From Chrysomallon squamiferum (Eukaryota; Animalia; Mollusca): DNA of 64,000 bases. Below are positions 1 through 11,368 of this stretch, piece after piece. The notes under the pieces were generated by a model. It saw only the letters and a program-made list of their open reading frames with translations. It made no database searches and was not told the DNA's origin. The translations under genes were made by a program, and so were the position numbers. The DNA lies in NCBI GenBank assembly GCA_012295275.1, contig CM022666.1, positions 14,012,001 to 14,076,000 of the forward strand, in the 5' to 3' direction. Within the stretch, counting starts at the first letter, position 1. Each line of letters begins with the position of its first letter.

Positions 1-950
1 GAAAATCAGTCGGGTTCAATTTTAATATTAAGGTTAGACTAGTGTTAGCCGTAGATGGTTATAATTAAAGTTATTGTTAACTTAAAGTTTTGGTTAATTA
101 TAAGGTTATGGTTATGGTTACGGTTACGATTCGGATGAGGGCAAGAAATAGAGTCACGGTTAGAAGGTTAAGTTTAGGATTAGTGGTTGCGTCTAAGTTT
201 AGAGTTAGTGTTAGAGATAAGGTTAGGGTTCATATTGGTATTGAGGTTAGAATTAGGGTTTGTGGCTAAATTTTGGTTTATATTGAGGGTTAGAGTTTAT
301 ATTAGGTTAGCTTAAGATTAGGATTAGAGAGTAAATTTTAAAGTTAGTATTCATTTATGATTAAGGTTTAGAGCTAGATATCCTTTACTTTCGTTTTGAG
401 GTTTATTAGAGTTAGAGTTAGAGATAAGATTAGAGTTAGGGGCTAGAGTTAATGTTTAAGTTAGTGTTAGAGTTAAGGTTTGAGTTACTGTTAGAGTTAA
501 GGTTAGAGTTAGGGGCTAGAGTTAGGGGCTAGAGTTAATGTTTAAGTTAGTGTTAGAGATAAGATTAGAGTTACAGAGTTAATGTTTAAGTTAGTGTTAG
601 AGTTAAGGTTTGAGTTAGATAGAGTTAAGGTTAGAGTTAGAGTCTAGAGTTAATGTTAGGTTTATCCTAAATGTTGGGGTTAGGGTTATGGTTAGATTAG
701 GAGTTAATTTTAGTGCTGAGATTATATTTGGTGTTTGAGGCTAGGTTTAGGTTCCTGTTTATGGTTAGGTTTATACTTGGTGCTAGGGTTAGTATTAGTT
801 TTATTAGTGGAGGTAATGTTACGGTTTGGGTCTAAGAATATTGTTAGGGACAGAATTAGGTTGGAGTTAACACTGAGGTTACTGTTAGAGTCGTATAACA
901 GTTAAGATTAGAGTTTGGACCTAAGTTAGCTTTATATTTAGGACTATTTT
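1..950. repeat. Degenerate telomere-like (TTAGGG-variant) G/T-rich array
   Basis: Strand-biased ~6-bp periodic units (gggtta, agagtt, aaggtt, agggtt). Higher-order duplication of agagataagattagagtt...agagttaatgtttaagttagtgttagagttaaggtttgagtta at ~420-487 and ~555-617. Runs off the left edge of the window. Confidence 0.7.
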
Positions 951-1631
951 GAAAACTACTACTACTACTACTAATACTAAAGAATTAAGAATATGAAAAT
1001 TCATGATCACTAACGTTTTCGTTCAACATAATTATAGGCATGAATGACATTCTTCAGTGTAATACATTTAAAAGAAATACGTTGGAAAATAAAACAGATT
1101 TCTCGACTGAAAAGTTTCTTTTGCTCTTTCCCTTAATAAATCCTTTTTTTTTTTATAGAAACAGGTCATAGAAATTGTTTTATAGAACAAGATATTATAT
1201 TTTCTCCTGCTACTACTATTACTATTGTAATGGTTATTGTTAATGTCATTATTACTGCTACTACTACTGTTGTTGTTGTTTATGGTCTATATTTCTTTAT
1301 TTAATGTTTATTTTATGCAAAAATAAACAATTTCAGTCTAAAAGATAATTATTATTATTTTTTTGTTTTTATTTATTTAACTGAATGGCAATATTAGCGG
1401 TCAGTCGGCTGTTATAAATTTGTTAGTTCAATATACCTTGTAGATTTGTCAATAAATACTTGGTTTGGAAATATAACGTTTCTTTTTTCTTTTTCTTTTT
1501 TTATTATTCCTAGTTGTTTTTTTCTTCTTCACCGCTTCTTCTTCTTCTTCTTCTTCTTCTTCTTCTTCTTCTTCTAATTTATTTATTTATTTTTATTATT
1601 TATTTTTTAATTGTTTATTATTGTCTTCATT

Positions 1632-1687
<56 letters not shown>

Positions 1688-2275
1688 TGTGTACGTATAT
1701 ACGGATATCCTTATCTGAATACATACCAATATACACAGACATACATACATACATGGACAGTAAGTATAGATATATTATCACAAATTATATCACAGCATAT
1801 TGATAACGATAATGAATCTGGATTGCTAATCGTCAGTCAATATTCTTATTTACCTTTCTGTGTTCCAATCCACCAGAATTCATTTTATTTTACATTTGAG
1901 AGTTCCGATCCACCAGTGGTCAGTATATTTTGTATTATTTCTTAATTATAATGAGTGTCGATAAATTTATATTGTTAAAATAAAATAAATAAAAAATAAC
2001 AAAAAAATAGTAGGTCTCAAAAATCGAACCCAAAACAATGCAAAGTTATTAATCAGATATATCCATCAATCATTTCGAGACATATCAGGCATCAGACTAA
2101 ATAAAAATCACATAGGATCTGCTCACTAATTAGGAATCCAAGCTAGACCTGGTTCGCGAGTTAGTGCCTAGTTTAATCTTTCATTTAAGAGTTAAAGACA
2201 GGAAACAGAAACAATATCCGTTGGTGAATGCGTGAAAGTCACTGTTCATGTTTACTCGTGTAATACCATCGAACA

Positions 2276-2291
2276 AGTTCATCCTAGGTTA
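2276..2291 (+). promoter_or_regulatory. Candidate DR4 nuclear-receptor element upstream of CYP A (mirror copy at 8622-8637 for CYP B)
   Basis: AGTTCA-tcct-AGGTTA about 375 bp before the ATG; TATA-like TATATAA near 2516. Motif match only. Confidence 0.3.
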
Positions 2292-2665
2292 AAGTCGTAA
2301 ATGCAATTTCAACCGAATAATTAGCTGACATATTTAAAACATAACAATGGATCTTAGTCATCAGTAAATAAATAAACAAACACAGCAGCAGCTGAAGCAA
2401 CAACAACAACATTAACACTGAAGATGATGATGATAAGAAAATAACTGGCAACATTAGTTACATCTGTGGTCATATTTATTGTAATATATACAAAACGTTT
2501 CACAACTTTCACTAATATATAACCACACAAAACAGTTTGAGTTGATTGACCAGAGAACACCTCAAACACTGATGTAGCTCGAGTTACTGTACAGAGTTGG
2601 AAATTTACGTGGAGACTCCGCTGAACAGAGAGAAACAAAACAAAAACACATAATAATTAGTTACA

Positions 2666-4150
2666 ATGTTTGAAGAAGGATTTTCCAGCTATGTAACAAC
2701 GGGTCTTATTTGCGCGGTTGTTGCTCTTTTCGTGTGGAAGTCTACTCAAAGACCAAAAGGAATTCCACCAGGTCCTCTCCTTAGTCTGCCCCTCGTGGGA
2801 AATCTTCTTGAGTTTGGCAAAAATCCTCTCACGACATTTAGTAAAATGAGAGCCAAATATGGAGATATTTTTAGTGTGTATTTTGGAAATCGTCTCGTTA
2901 TCGTAATAAACGGGTACGAAAATTTAAAAGAAGCTTTTGAAAAGAACGCTGATATCTTTACAGAACGTCCAAAAATGCCTGTTGAAGATTTATTATCGAA
3001 AGGAAAGGGAATAATTATGGCGGCAGGCCACACATGGAAAGAACAAAGAAAATTTGCTCAAGTAACACTCAGAAATTTCGGCATGGGACGAAATATTTTG
3101 GAATCTAAAATTCAGGAGGAAGTACGTTATTTCACGGAGGAATTGTACAACAGAAGAAACATGGCTACGGACATTGGCTTTGTTATAAATAATGCTGTTT
3201 CCAACATTATCTGTACGATAGTTTTTGGTAAACGGTTCGAATATAATGATAGGAAATTTCAAAAATTTCTGAAGCTATTACAAGAAAGCATGTCTGTTTC
3301 GAGATTGATGGATTTTCTATCAATTCTTCGCTTCTTTCCAGGCGATTTCCTGAAAATTAAACGCACGATCTCCAACCTGGAACAAACGAACAATGAGTTG
3401 ATAATTCCCATAATAGAAGAACACGAGAAAAACTACGACGAAGACAACATTGACGACTTCATCAGTGCTTATATCAAAGAAATCAAATCGAAAGAATCAG
3501 CAGGAGAAGAAAACACCAGCATGGACAGAGAGAATCTTCTTGTTACTATAGGTGATCTCTTTTTGGCTGGAACAGAAACATCTTCTGCTACAATCAGGTG
3601 GCTTCTTCTGTGTTTTCTCTATTTCCCAGAAATCCAGGAGAAGTGTTTCTCAGAAATTAAATCTGTAGTAGGATCTTCTCGTCCCGTTACTCTGAAAGAC
3701 AAGTCACAACTTCCCTACATCGAGGCCACAGTTTTGGAAGCTTTACGATTCGGAAACATTATACCTTTAGGAGCACCCCATACAGCCTCTGTCGACACGG
3801 AATTTAAAGGTTACACATTTCCTAAAGGTGTGATTATTTTAACAAATCTTGAATCTGTACTTCGTGATCCTAAGATCTGGGGAGATCCTGAAAATTTCAG
3901 ACCAGAGAGATATATTGATGAGGATGGAAACGTTATTGTACCTGAAGAACACATCCCTTTTTTCACTGGACGAAGAAAATGTTTGGGCGAAGCTCTGGCC
4001 AGAATGGAACTGTTTCTGTTCATCTCCAACATGATTCAGAAATTTAAATTCGTAAAAGTAGAGGGGGACACTTTGCCTTCGCTTGAAGGAGAGTTTGGTC
4101 TGACGCATTCACCTAAATCTAATCATGTTAAAATTATTCCGAGAGATTAA
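2666..4150 (+). CDS. Cytochrome P450, clan 2 (CYP2-like), intronless, copy A, 494 aa
   Basis: N-terminal TM anchor, PPGP hinge, WKEQR (C helix), AGTETS (I helix), EALR (ExxR), PERY meander, FFTGRRKCLGE heme motif; uninterrupted ORF. Confidence 0.96.
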   Translation: MFEEGFSSYVTTGLICAVVALFVWKSTQRPKGIPPGPLLSLPLVGNLLEFGKNPLTTFSKMRAKYGDIFSVYFGNRLVIVINGYENLKEAFEKNADIFTERPKMPVEDLLSKGKGIIMAAGHTWKEQRKFAQVTLRNFGMGRNILESKIQEEVRYFTEELYNRRNMATDIGFVINNAVSNIICTIVFGKRFEYNDRKFQKFLKLLQESMSVSRLMDFLSILRFFPGDFLKIKRTISNLEQTNNELIIPIIEEHEKNYDEDNIDDFISAYIKEIKSKESAGEENTSMDRENLLVTIGDLFLAGTETSSATIRWLLLCFLYFPEIQEKCFSEIKSVVGSSRPVTLKDKSQLPYIEATVLEALRFGNIIPLGAPHTASVDTEFKGYTFPKGVIILTNLESVLRDPKIWGDPENFRPERYIDEDGNVIVPEEHIPFFTGRRKCLGEALARMELFLFISNMIQKFKFVKVEGDTLPSLEGEFGLTHSPKSNHVKIIPRD

Positions 4151-4814
4151 CAGTTGATGTGGATGGAGTAATCTGTAACAAAATAACTGTACTGTTTCTT
4201 CATATTACTGTCATCGATGTATTTGTATTCTGTCTTTTAGATAATAATATCGATATATTTGTATTGTTTCTTTGATATAATGATTTTCGACATATATGAA
4301 TTGTTTCTTTATTATAATAATGGTCAATATAGTTGTATTATTTCTTTCGGTATAATGATTATCGATAAATTTGCATTATTCGTTCTCATAACGATATTGA
4401 ATAATATATTCATTATATTTTGTTGTAGTGCTCGATATATTTGCAATGTTTATTTATTATAATAATGATTGATATTTTTGGATTATTTGTTTATTACAGC
4501 TGGTGATATATTTTAGATATCAGAAATTATATGTCTAGTAAGATATGCGGTATGGTATTTGATTTCCTTGAACATTAATAAGTAAACTGGACAATAAAAT
4601 TTGTTATTAATGGCTCATTTTGATGCATAAAACTATGCAGATATTTTTTATTATTTTTTTTTTTTTTTTTTGGTACATTATTTAATTGGTACAGGTTAAT
4701 TTAGTAAAATGTTTTTAAATAATCAAAAAAATCAGTACATTCTAGAAGTGTATTTTAAATTTTAAATACATTCTCATCCAATTTATTCCGTTGTTCTCAA
4801 TACATATTTACAGT

Positions 4815-4968
4815 TATATTTACATATGAAACATATCTGTTTCAGCTAGTGTGGATATTCTGCCAGTATGTCACTACATTCCTGGCGATTTCTTGAAAAT
4901 CAGTAATTACATATCCAACGAAAAAATGATGGAGTAAGAATTAATAATTTCCATAATACATGAAGATG

Positions 4969-5000
<32 letters not shown>

Positions 5001-5060
5001 CAAGGACAACATTGACGCCTTCATCAATACTTACATCAAAGAAATGAAGTTAAATGAATG
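4815..5060 (+). pseudogene. Decayed internal CYP fragment (F-G-H helix region)
   Basis: cctggcgatttcttgaaaat...ttaataatttccataata...gacaacattgacgccttcatcaatacttacatcaaagaaat aligns with 3280-3500 of copy A; it has an in-frame stop and a poly-A expansion. Confidence 0.8.
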
Positions 5061-5099
5061 AATGAATGCATGAATTTATTTATTTACTTATTTATTTAT

Positions 5100-5138
<39 letters not shown>

Positions 5139-5363
5139 ATTCTGATAAAATATATATAAGAGCAATGAAATTCGCATGATCTCTTCTATTTTAAATTCTA
5201 CATTCCTTGTTATGTTGTTTGATAGATTCAACAAAATAAAGAAAATTCACAGGAAAGTTCAGTTTTTTTTTTCTTTTGTTTTCTTTTTTCTACTTTTTTG
5301 TGTGATATACTAATAAAGATTTTTGTATCATTTCAATTCAGCGGTTCTGCAACACGACTTAAT

Positions 5364-5920
5364 TTCCAAATCATTTACAGTATTTTATGAGGTTTTCACG
5401 AAAATGGTTAAATCAGGATTTTTGCCATTTTGGAGACATTTTTCTCTACAAGTTATCTCAATTAAATGTTTGACACGACGAAAACTTTCGATATGACAGT
5501 CTTCATTCAGACTCAGTGAAAACAGGCTTTTTGCAAATATAATATAATTCGTTAATCAGTTTTCTATATTGTATTCAAAAGTATTTTTGTGTTGTTGTTG
5601 TTCTTGTATATTTAATAGAGATATCCAACTTTCGAAATCTATAGTGGTGATACGTGTGTTCTCAGAAAACAGTCGTATAAATAAATATTAGTGTAGTTTC
5701 AGTGTAATGAAAGCAACATATTCTGTAATAGCCTACTGTTTATATGTCACATACCCAAGATAATTTAATTCATCCTATTGATTTAAATAATAACAACAAA
5801 ACAATAATAATAATAACAATAATAATGATGATGATGATAATTATAATGATAATGATGATTACAATAATAACAATAACAATAATAATAATAAAGATCATAA
5901 TGACAATGATAATAAAAATA

Positions 5921-5955
<35 letters not shown>

Positions 5956-6004
5956 AATAATAGTAATAATGTTAAGAATAATAATGATGATAATAATAAT
6001 AAAA

Positions 6005-6043
<39 letters not shown>

Positions 6044-6615
6044 TAAATATTATTATTATTATTATATCAATTGAAATTGAGAATACGAGTTTTGATAACT
6101 TGAAAACAAAAGAAAAAATTATATTAACAAGTTCGTGTGTTTTAATGAAGAAAATTTATTTAAATTTTAAAATAAATTTCTAGAAAGTTCAATAAATTAA
6201 AACACGTGCGGCAACCTCATAAACACAATACATATCGAGTCATAAAGAATACATTTTATTGTCTCGTTCACTGAGCAAAGTCGATGAAAAGTGAATACAA
6301 AACAGCTTCGCTATTTTCACATATAAATTTGTATACATAAGACAGACAAAAATACCCCAACCACCGTTATAATAAAGAAATAACAAAAATGTATAAGTAA
6401 CCATTAAATAAGAAAAATGTTTTAAAAATTTAAATATATCGAGCTTTAATTTAAGAAAGAAACAAAACAAACATATTGAGAACTATTAACTAAGAAAAAT
6501 GTTTTAGAACTTTTAAATATATCGACCATTCATTTAAGGAGGTCTTCAGTTCTGTTATAATTATAGTCATTTTTGTGTTTGGCTGTTTCGCTACGACTTA
6601 TTGAATACCTGAATA
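5364..6615. repeat. Direct segmental duplication, copy 1 (region downstream of CYP B)
   Basis: ttccaaatcatttacagtatttt...gaggttttcacgaaaatggttaaatcagg to ttggctgtttcgctac...ttattgaatacctgaata matches 9011-10090. Confidence 0.88.
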
Positions 6616-6758
6616 GCCATTATCCTCGATCGTACAGAATTAATTTTATTTTCTTGGTCAATTAGTAATGTTGAAGGATATAAAAACAAAACCTTCTGTA
6701 ATGTGATATACAAATTTTTAAATATAAGATATTAAATAATTATTGAATTCTTTTATTT

Positions 6759-8823
6759 ACTGTTAATCTCTCGGAATAATTTTAAGCAGATGAGATTTAG
6801 GAGAATGCGTCAGACCAAACTCTCCTTCAAGCGAAGGCAAAGTGTCCCCCTCTACTTTTACGAATTTAAATTTCTGAATCATGTTGGAGATGAACAGAAA
6901 CAGTTCCATTCTGGCCAGAGCTTCGCCCAAACATTTTCTTCGTCCAGTGAAAAAAGGGATGTGTTCTTCAGGTACAATAACGTTTCCATCCTCATCAATA
7001 TATCTCTCTGGTCTGAAATTTTCAGGATCTCCCCAGATCTTAGGATCGTGGAGCACAGATTCAAGATTTGTTAAAATAATCACACCTTTAGGAAATGTGT
7101 AACCTTTAAATTCCGTGTCGACAGAGGCTGTATGGGGTGCTCCTAAAGGTACAATATTTCCGAATCGTAAAGCTTCCAAAACTGTGGCCTCGATGTAGGG
7201 AAGTTGTGACTTGTCTTTCAGAGTAACGGGACGAGAAGATCCTACTACAGATTCGATTTCTGAGAAACACTTCTCCTGGATTTCTGGGAAATAGAGAAAA
7301 CACAGAAGAAGCCACCTGATTGTAGTAGAAGATGTTTCTGTTCCAGCCAAAAAGAGATCACCTATAGTAACAAGAAGATTCTCTCTGTCCATGCTGGTAT
7401 TTTCTTCTCCTGTTGATTCTTTTGACTTGATTTCTTTGATATAAGCACTGATGAAGTCGTCAGTGTTGTCTTTGTCGTAGTTTTTCTCGTGTTCTTCTAT
7501 TATGGGAATCATGAACTCATTGTTCGTTTCTTTCAGGTTGGAGATCGTGCGTTTAATTTTCAGGAAATCGCCTGGAAAGAAGCGAAGAATTGGTAGAAAA
7601 TCCATCAATCTCGAAACAGACATGTTTTCTTGTAATAGCTTCAGAAATTTTAGAAATTTCCGATCTTTATATTCGAATCGCTTACCAAAAACTACCGTAC
7701 AGATAATGTTGGAAACAGCATTATTTATGACAAAGCCAATGTCCGTCGCGATGTTTCTTCTGTTGTACAATTCCTCCGTGAAATAACGTACTTCCTCCTG
7801 AATTTTAGATTCCAAAATATTTCGTCCCATACCGAAATTTCTGAGTGTTACTTGAGCAAATTTTCTTTGTTCTTTCCATTTGTGGCCTGCCGCCATAATT
7901 ATTCCCTTTCCTTTCGATAATAAATCTTCAACAGGCATTTCTGGGCGATCTGTAAAGATATCAGCATTCTTTTCAAAAGCTTCTTTTAAATTTTCGTACC
8001 CGTTTATTACGATAACGAGACGATTTCCAAAATACACACTAAAAATATCTCCATATTTGGCTCTCATTTTACCAAATGTCGTGAGAGGATTTTTGCCAAA
8101 CTCAAGAAGATTTCCCACGAGGGGCAGACTAAGGAGAGGACCTGGTGGAATTCCTTTTGGTCTTTGAGTAGACTTCCACACAAAAAGAGCAACAACCGCG
8201 CAAATAAGACCCGTTGTTACATAGCTGGAAAATCCTTCTTCAAACATTGTAACTAATTATTATGTTTTTTTGTTTTGTTTCTCTCTGTTCAGCGGAGTTT
8301 CCACGTAAATATCCAACTCTGTACAGTAACTCGAGCTACATCAGTGTTTGAGGTGTTCTCTGGTCAATCAACTCAAACTGCTTTGTGTGGTTATATATTA
8401 GTGAAAGTTGTTGAAAGATTTTGTATATATTTTATTAAATATGATCACAGATGTTACTAATGTCGCCAGTTATTTTCTTATCATCATCATCTTCAGTGTT
8501 AATGTTGTTGTTTTGCTTCAGCTGCTGCTGTGTTTGTTTATTTATTTACTGATGACTAAGATCCATTGTTATGTTTTAAATATGTCAGCTAATTATTCGG
8601 TTGAAATTGCATTTACGACTTTAACCTAGGATGAACTTGTTCGATGGTATTACACGAGTAAACATGAAGAGTGGTTTTCACGCATTCATCAAAGGATATT
8701 GTTTCTGTTACCTGTCTTTAACTCTTAAATGAAGGAGTTAACTGGGCACTAGTTTGCGAGCCAGGCCGAACTTGGATTCCTAATTAGTGAGCAGATCCTA
8801 TGTGATTTTTATTTAGTCTGATG
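6759..8823 (-). repeat. Right arm of ~2.06-kb inverted duplication (5' flank plus CYP copy B)
   Basis: Reverse-complement match to 2090-4154, including ~575 bp of 5' non-coding DNA. Confidence 0.92.
6763..8247 (-). CDS. Cytochrome P450, clan 2 (CYP2-like), intronless, copy B, 494 aa
   Basis: Same motifs as copy A; about 24 amino-acid differences from A by manual comparison. Confidence 0.96.
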   Translation of the reverse strand: MFEEGFSSYVTTGLICAVVALFVWKSTQRPKGIPPGPLLSLPLVGNLLEFGKNPLTTFGKMRAKYGDIFSVYFGNRLVIVINGYENLKEAFEKNADIFTDRPEMPVEDLLSKGKGIIMAAGHKWKEQRKFAQVTLRNFGMGRNILESKIQEEVRYFTEELYNRRNIATDIGFVINNAVSNIICTVVFGKRFEYKDRKFLKFLKLLQENMSVSRLMDFLPILRFFPGDFLKIKRTISNLKETNNEFMIPIIEEHEKNYDKDNTDDFISAYIKEIKSKESTGEENTSMDRENLLVTIGDLFLAGTETSSTTIRWLLLCFLYFPEIQEKCFSEIESVVGSSRPVTLKDKSQLPYIEATVLEALRFGNIVPLGAPHTASVDTEFKGYTFPKGVIILTNLESVLHDPKIWGDPENFRPERYIDEDGNVIVPEEHIPFFTGRRKCLGEALARMELFLFISNMIQKFKFVKVEGDTLPSLEGEFGLTHSPKSHLLKIIPRD

Positions 8824-8948
8824 TGTGAGGTGTTCGAAAACACTCGGTGCATTTATCACCTTTATAAGTTTGTATACTTTTTTCTATGGAAAATGTTTTT
8901 TCGGGGTGTGGGTTTCTGTGTGTGTCTGTGTGTCTGTGCGCGCGTGTG

Positions 8949-8984
<36 letters not shown>

Positions 8985-9010
8985 ATAAACTATTAAAAAA
9001 TTTCAATAAT

Positions 9011-10090
9011 TTCCAAATCATTTACAGTATTTTGTGAGGTTTTCACGAAAATGGTTAAATCAGGATGTTTGACATTTTGCAGACATTTTTCTCTACAAGT
9101 AATCTCAATTAAATGTTTGACAGACTTCTACACGACGAAAACTTTCGGTATGACAGTCTTCATTCAGACTCAGTGTAAACAGGCTTTTTGCAAATATAAT
9201 ATAATTCGTTAATCAGTTTTCTATATTGTATTCAAAAGTATTTTAGTGCTGTTGTTGTTCTTGCATATTTAATAGAGATATCCAACTTTCGAAATGTATA
9301 GTACTGATACGTGTGTTGTCAGAAAACAGTTTTAATTTTATTTAAGAGAGTCTTGACAGTCGTATAAATAAATATTAGTGTAGTTTCAGTGTAATGAAAG
9401 TTACATATTCTGTAATAGCCTACTGTTTATATGTCACGTACCCAACATCATTTAATTCATCCTATTCATTTAAATATCAACAACGACGACGACGACGATG
9501 CTGATAATGATGATGATGATGATGATGATAATAATATCAACTCAAACTGAGAATAGGAATTTCTGATTACTTGAAAACAAAAGAAGAAATTACATTTCCA
9601 AGGTCTTGTGTTTTAATGATGAAATTGTATTCAAAATTTGAAGTAAACTTCTAGAAAACGTTTCTCTAAATCTAAACATGTACGGCAGCCTCATAAAAAA
9701 CAATACACATTGAGTCATAAAGAATAAATTTTATTGTCTCGTTTATTGTCTCCGTCGAAGAAAAGTGAATATAAAACAACTTCGCTATTTTCACATATAA
9801 ATTTGTCTACATAAGATAGACATAAATACCCCAACCACCGTGATAATAAAGAAAGAACAAAAATGTATCAGCAACCATTAAATAAGAAAAATGTTTTTAA
9901 AAATTTTAATATTTCGACCTTTAATTTAAGAAAGAAAAAAAAAAAAATATTGAGAACTATTAACTAAGAAAAATGTTTTAGGACTTTTAAATATATCGAC
10001 CATTAATTTAAGGAGGTCTTCAGTTCTGTTATAATTATAGTCATTTTTGTGTTTGGCTGTTTCGCTACCATTTATTGAATACCTGAATAT
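9011..10090. repeat. Direct segmental duplication, copy 2 (region downstream of CYP C)
   Basis: Matches 5364-6615; differs mainly in the length of the internal AAT/GAT microsatellite and a ~33-bp indel near 9330. Confidence 0.88.
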
Positions 10091-10785
10091 TCAGGGTTTC
10101 CAAGAAATTTTCCTGGAATTTGACCTAATTCCTGTCAGCTCCAGTGTAATGTTTACATGCCATTCACATATTGACATGGACTCAGATAATAATAATAATA
10201 ATGACAACACCACCACCAACACCAACACAACACCAACAACAACGACAACAACAACAACAACAATAATAATAATAATAATAGTAATAATAAAAATAATAAC
10301 ACAATATATCAAAAAGAATTAAATAAATTAAACTTTTAAGAATTTGCAAATCTATCGACCACTGACTTAGTAAAGAAATGATACAAATACATGGATATGG
10401 ACGAGTGTTAAATAAAAAAGATTTAAAAAAAACTTTAGATATATCGATCACTAATGTAATAAAGAAACAAATGCAAATATACGAACGTCCAGTAATATAA
10501 GAAAACACTATAAGGCAATATTAGCCACTGTTTATTGATCCTTGCTATCACTAAGAACATAAAAGGTACAATACAAGTGAGTACTCTGTCGTCTGCTTAT
10601 TTTTCCAGTAGAAGATTTGGTTTTCTGCAGTCTTCCTAAACAGAGATTTCTTCCACTGACGTCAAGGAGGTCTTCTGCCCTATCATAATTACAGATGTTT
10701 TTGTATTGAGATGTTTCACTAAGATTTCTTTGTCTTTGTTTTTAATACTAGAATCATCAGGCTTTCGATGAAATCTTCCTGGAAT

Positions 10786-10849
10786 TTTACAGAGATGATC
10801 AACCTCCTGTAATGTTTACAGAGATGATCAACCTCCTGTAATGTTTACA
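10786..10849. repeat. Perfect ~29-bp tandem duplication
   Basis: tttacagagatgatcaacctcctgtaatg occurs twice in tandem, followed by tttaca. Confidence 0.9.
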
Positions 10850-10869
10850 TGTCTTTCGCATAGACTCAG

Positions 10870-10920
<51 letters not shown>

Positions 10921-11368
10921 TCAACTCCAACTCATAATGCTGTTTGTTTCTTGTTTTTTTAATTGTTGTTGTTGTTTTTTGTTTTCTTTTTCATTATTTG
11001 GAAAAAAAAAAATGAGTCAATTTCATATGAAACGTCCTGTCTTATAACGATTAAATCTTATTTAAAATTTGAAATACACGTCTGTAATGTTCCCTACAAT
11101 CTGAGAACGTTTCACTAAATTAAAACACGTTTTGATAGAAAACATACACATTATACTCAATCATAAAGAATGAATTTTATTTTCTCGGTCACTGAATAAT
11201 GTTGAAGGACAACAACACAAAAAGCCCTTCTCTAACTTGACATACAAAATTTTTAATATAAGATATATAAAATATTTATTATAATAAAGAAACAATACAA
11301 ATAAATCAACGACCAATAATATGAACAAACATTTCAGATATCTGATTGTTGAATTTCTATATTTACTG

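Larger units (their letters stand above)
2090..4154 (+). repeat. Left arm of ~2.06-kb inverted duplication (5' flank plus CYP copy A)
   Basis: catcagactaaataaaaatcacataggatc (2090) through gattaacagt (4154) is near-identical to the reverse complement of 6759-8823. Confidence 0.92.

Noticed and set aside
1514-1945. 143-aa ORF and the many similar poly-L/I/Y/ER/SL/CV ORFs across the window
   Set aside because: They are translations of (CTT)n, (AAT)n, (AG)n and (GT)n microsatellites, with no domain or splice support.
3895-3912. PERY instead of PERF in all three CYPs
   Set aside because: Conservative aromatic substitution within known P450 variation; not evidence of inactivation.
2746-4108. Antisense and alternative-frame ORFs inside the CYP genes, apparently conserved between copies
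   Set aside because: Their conservation follows from the recent CYP duplication; these are shadow ORFs.
10010-10870. Twice-repeated complex segment (10010-10190 and 10660-10870) that might be a decayed exon
   Set aside because: No consistent open frame between the copies and no recognisable protein; treated as part of the duplicated CYP 3' flank.
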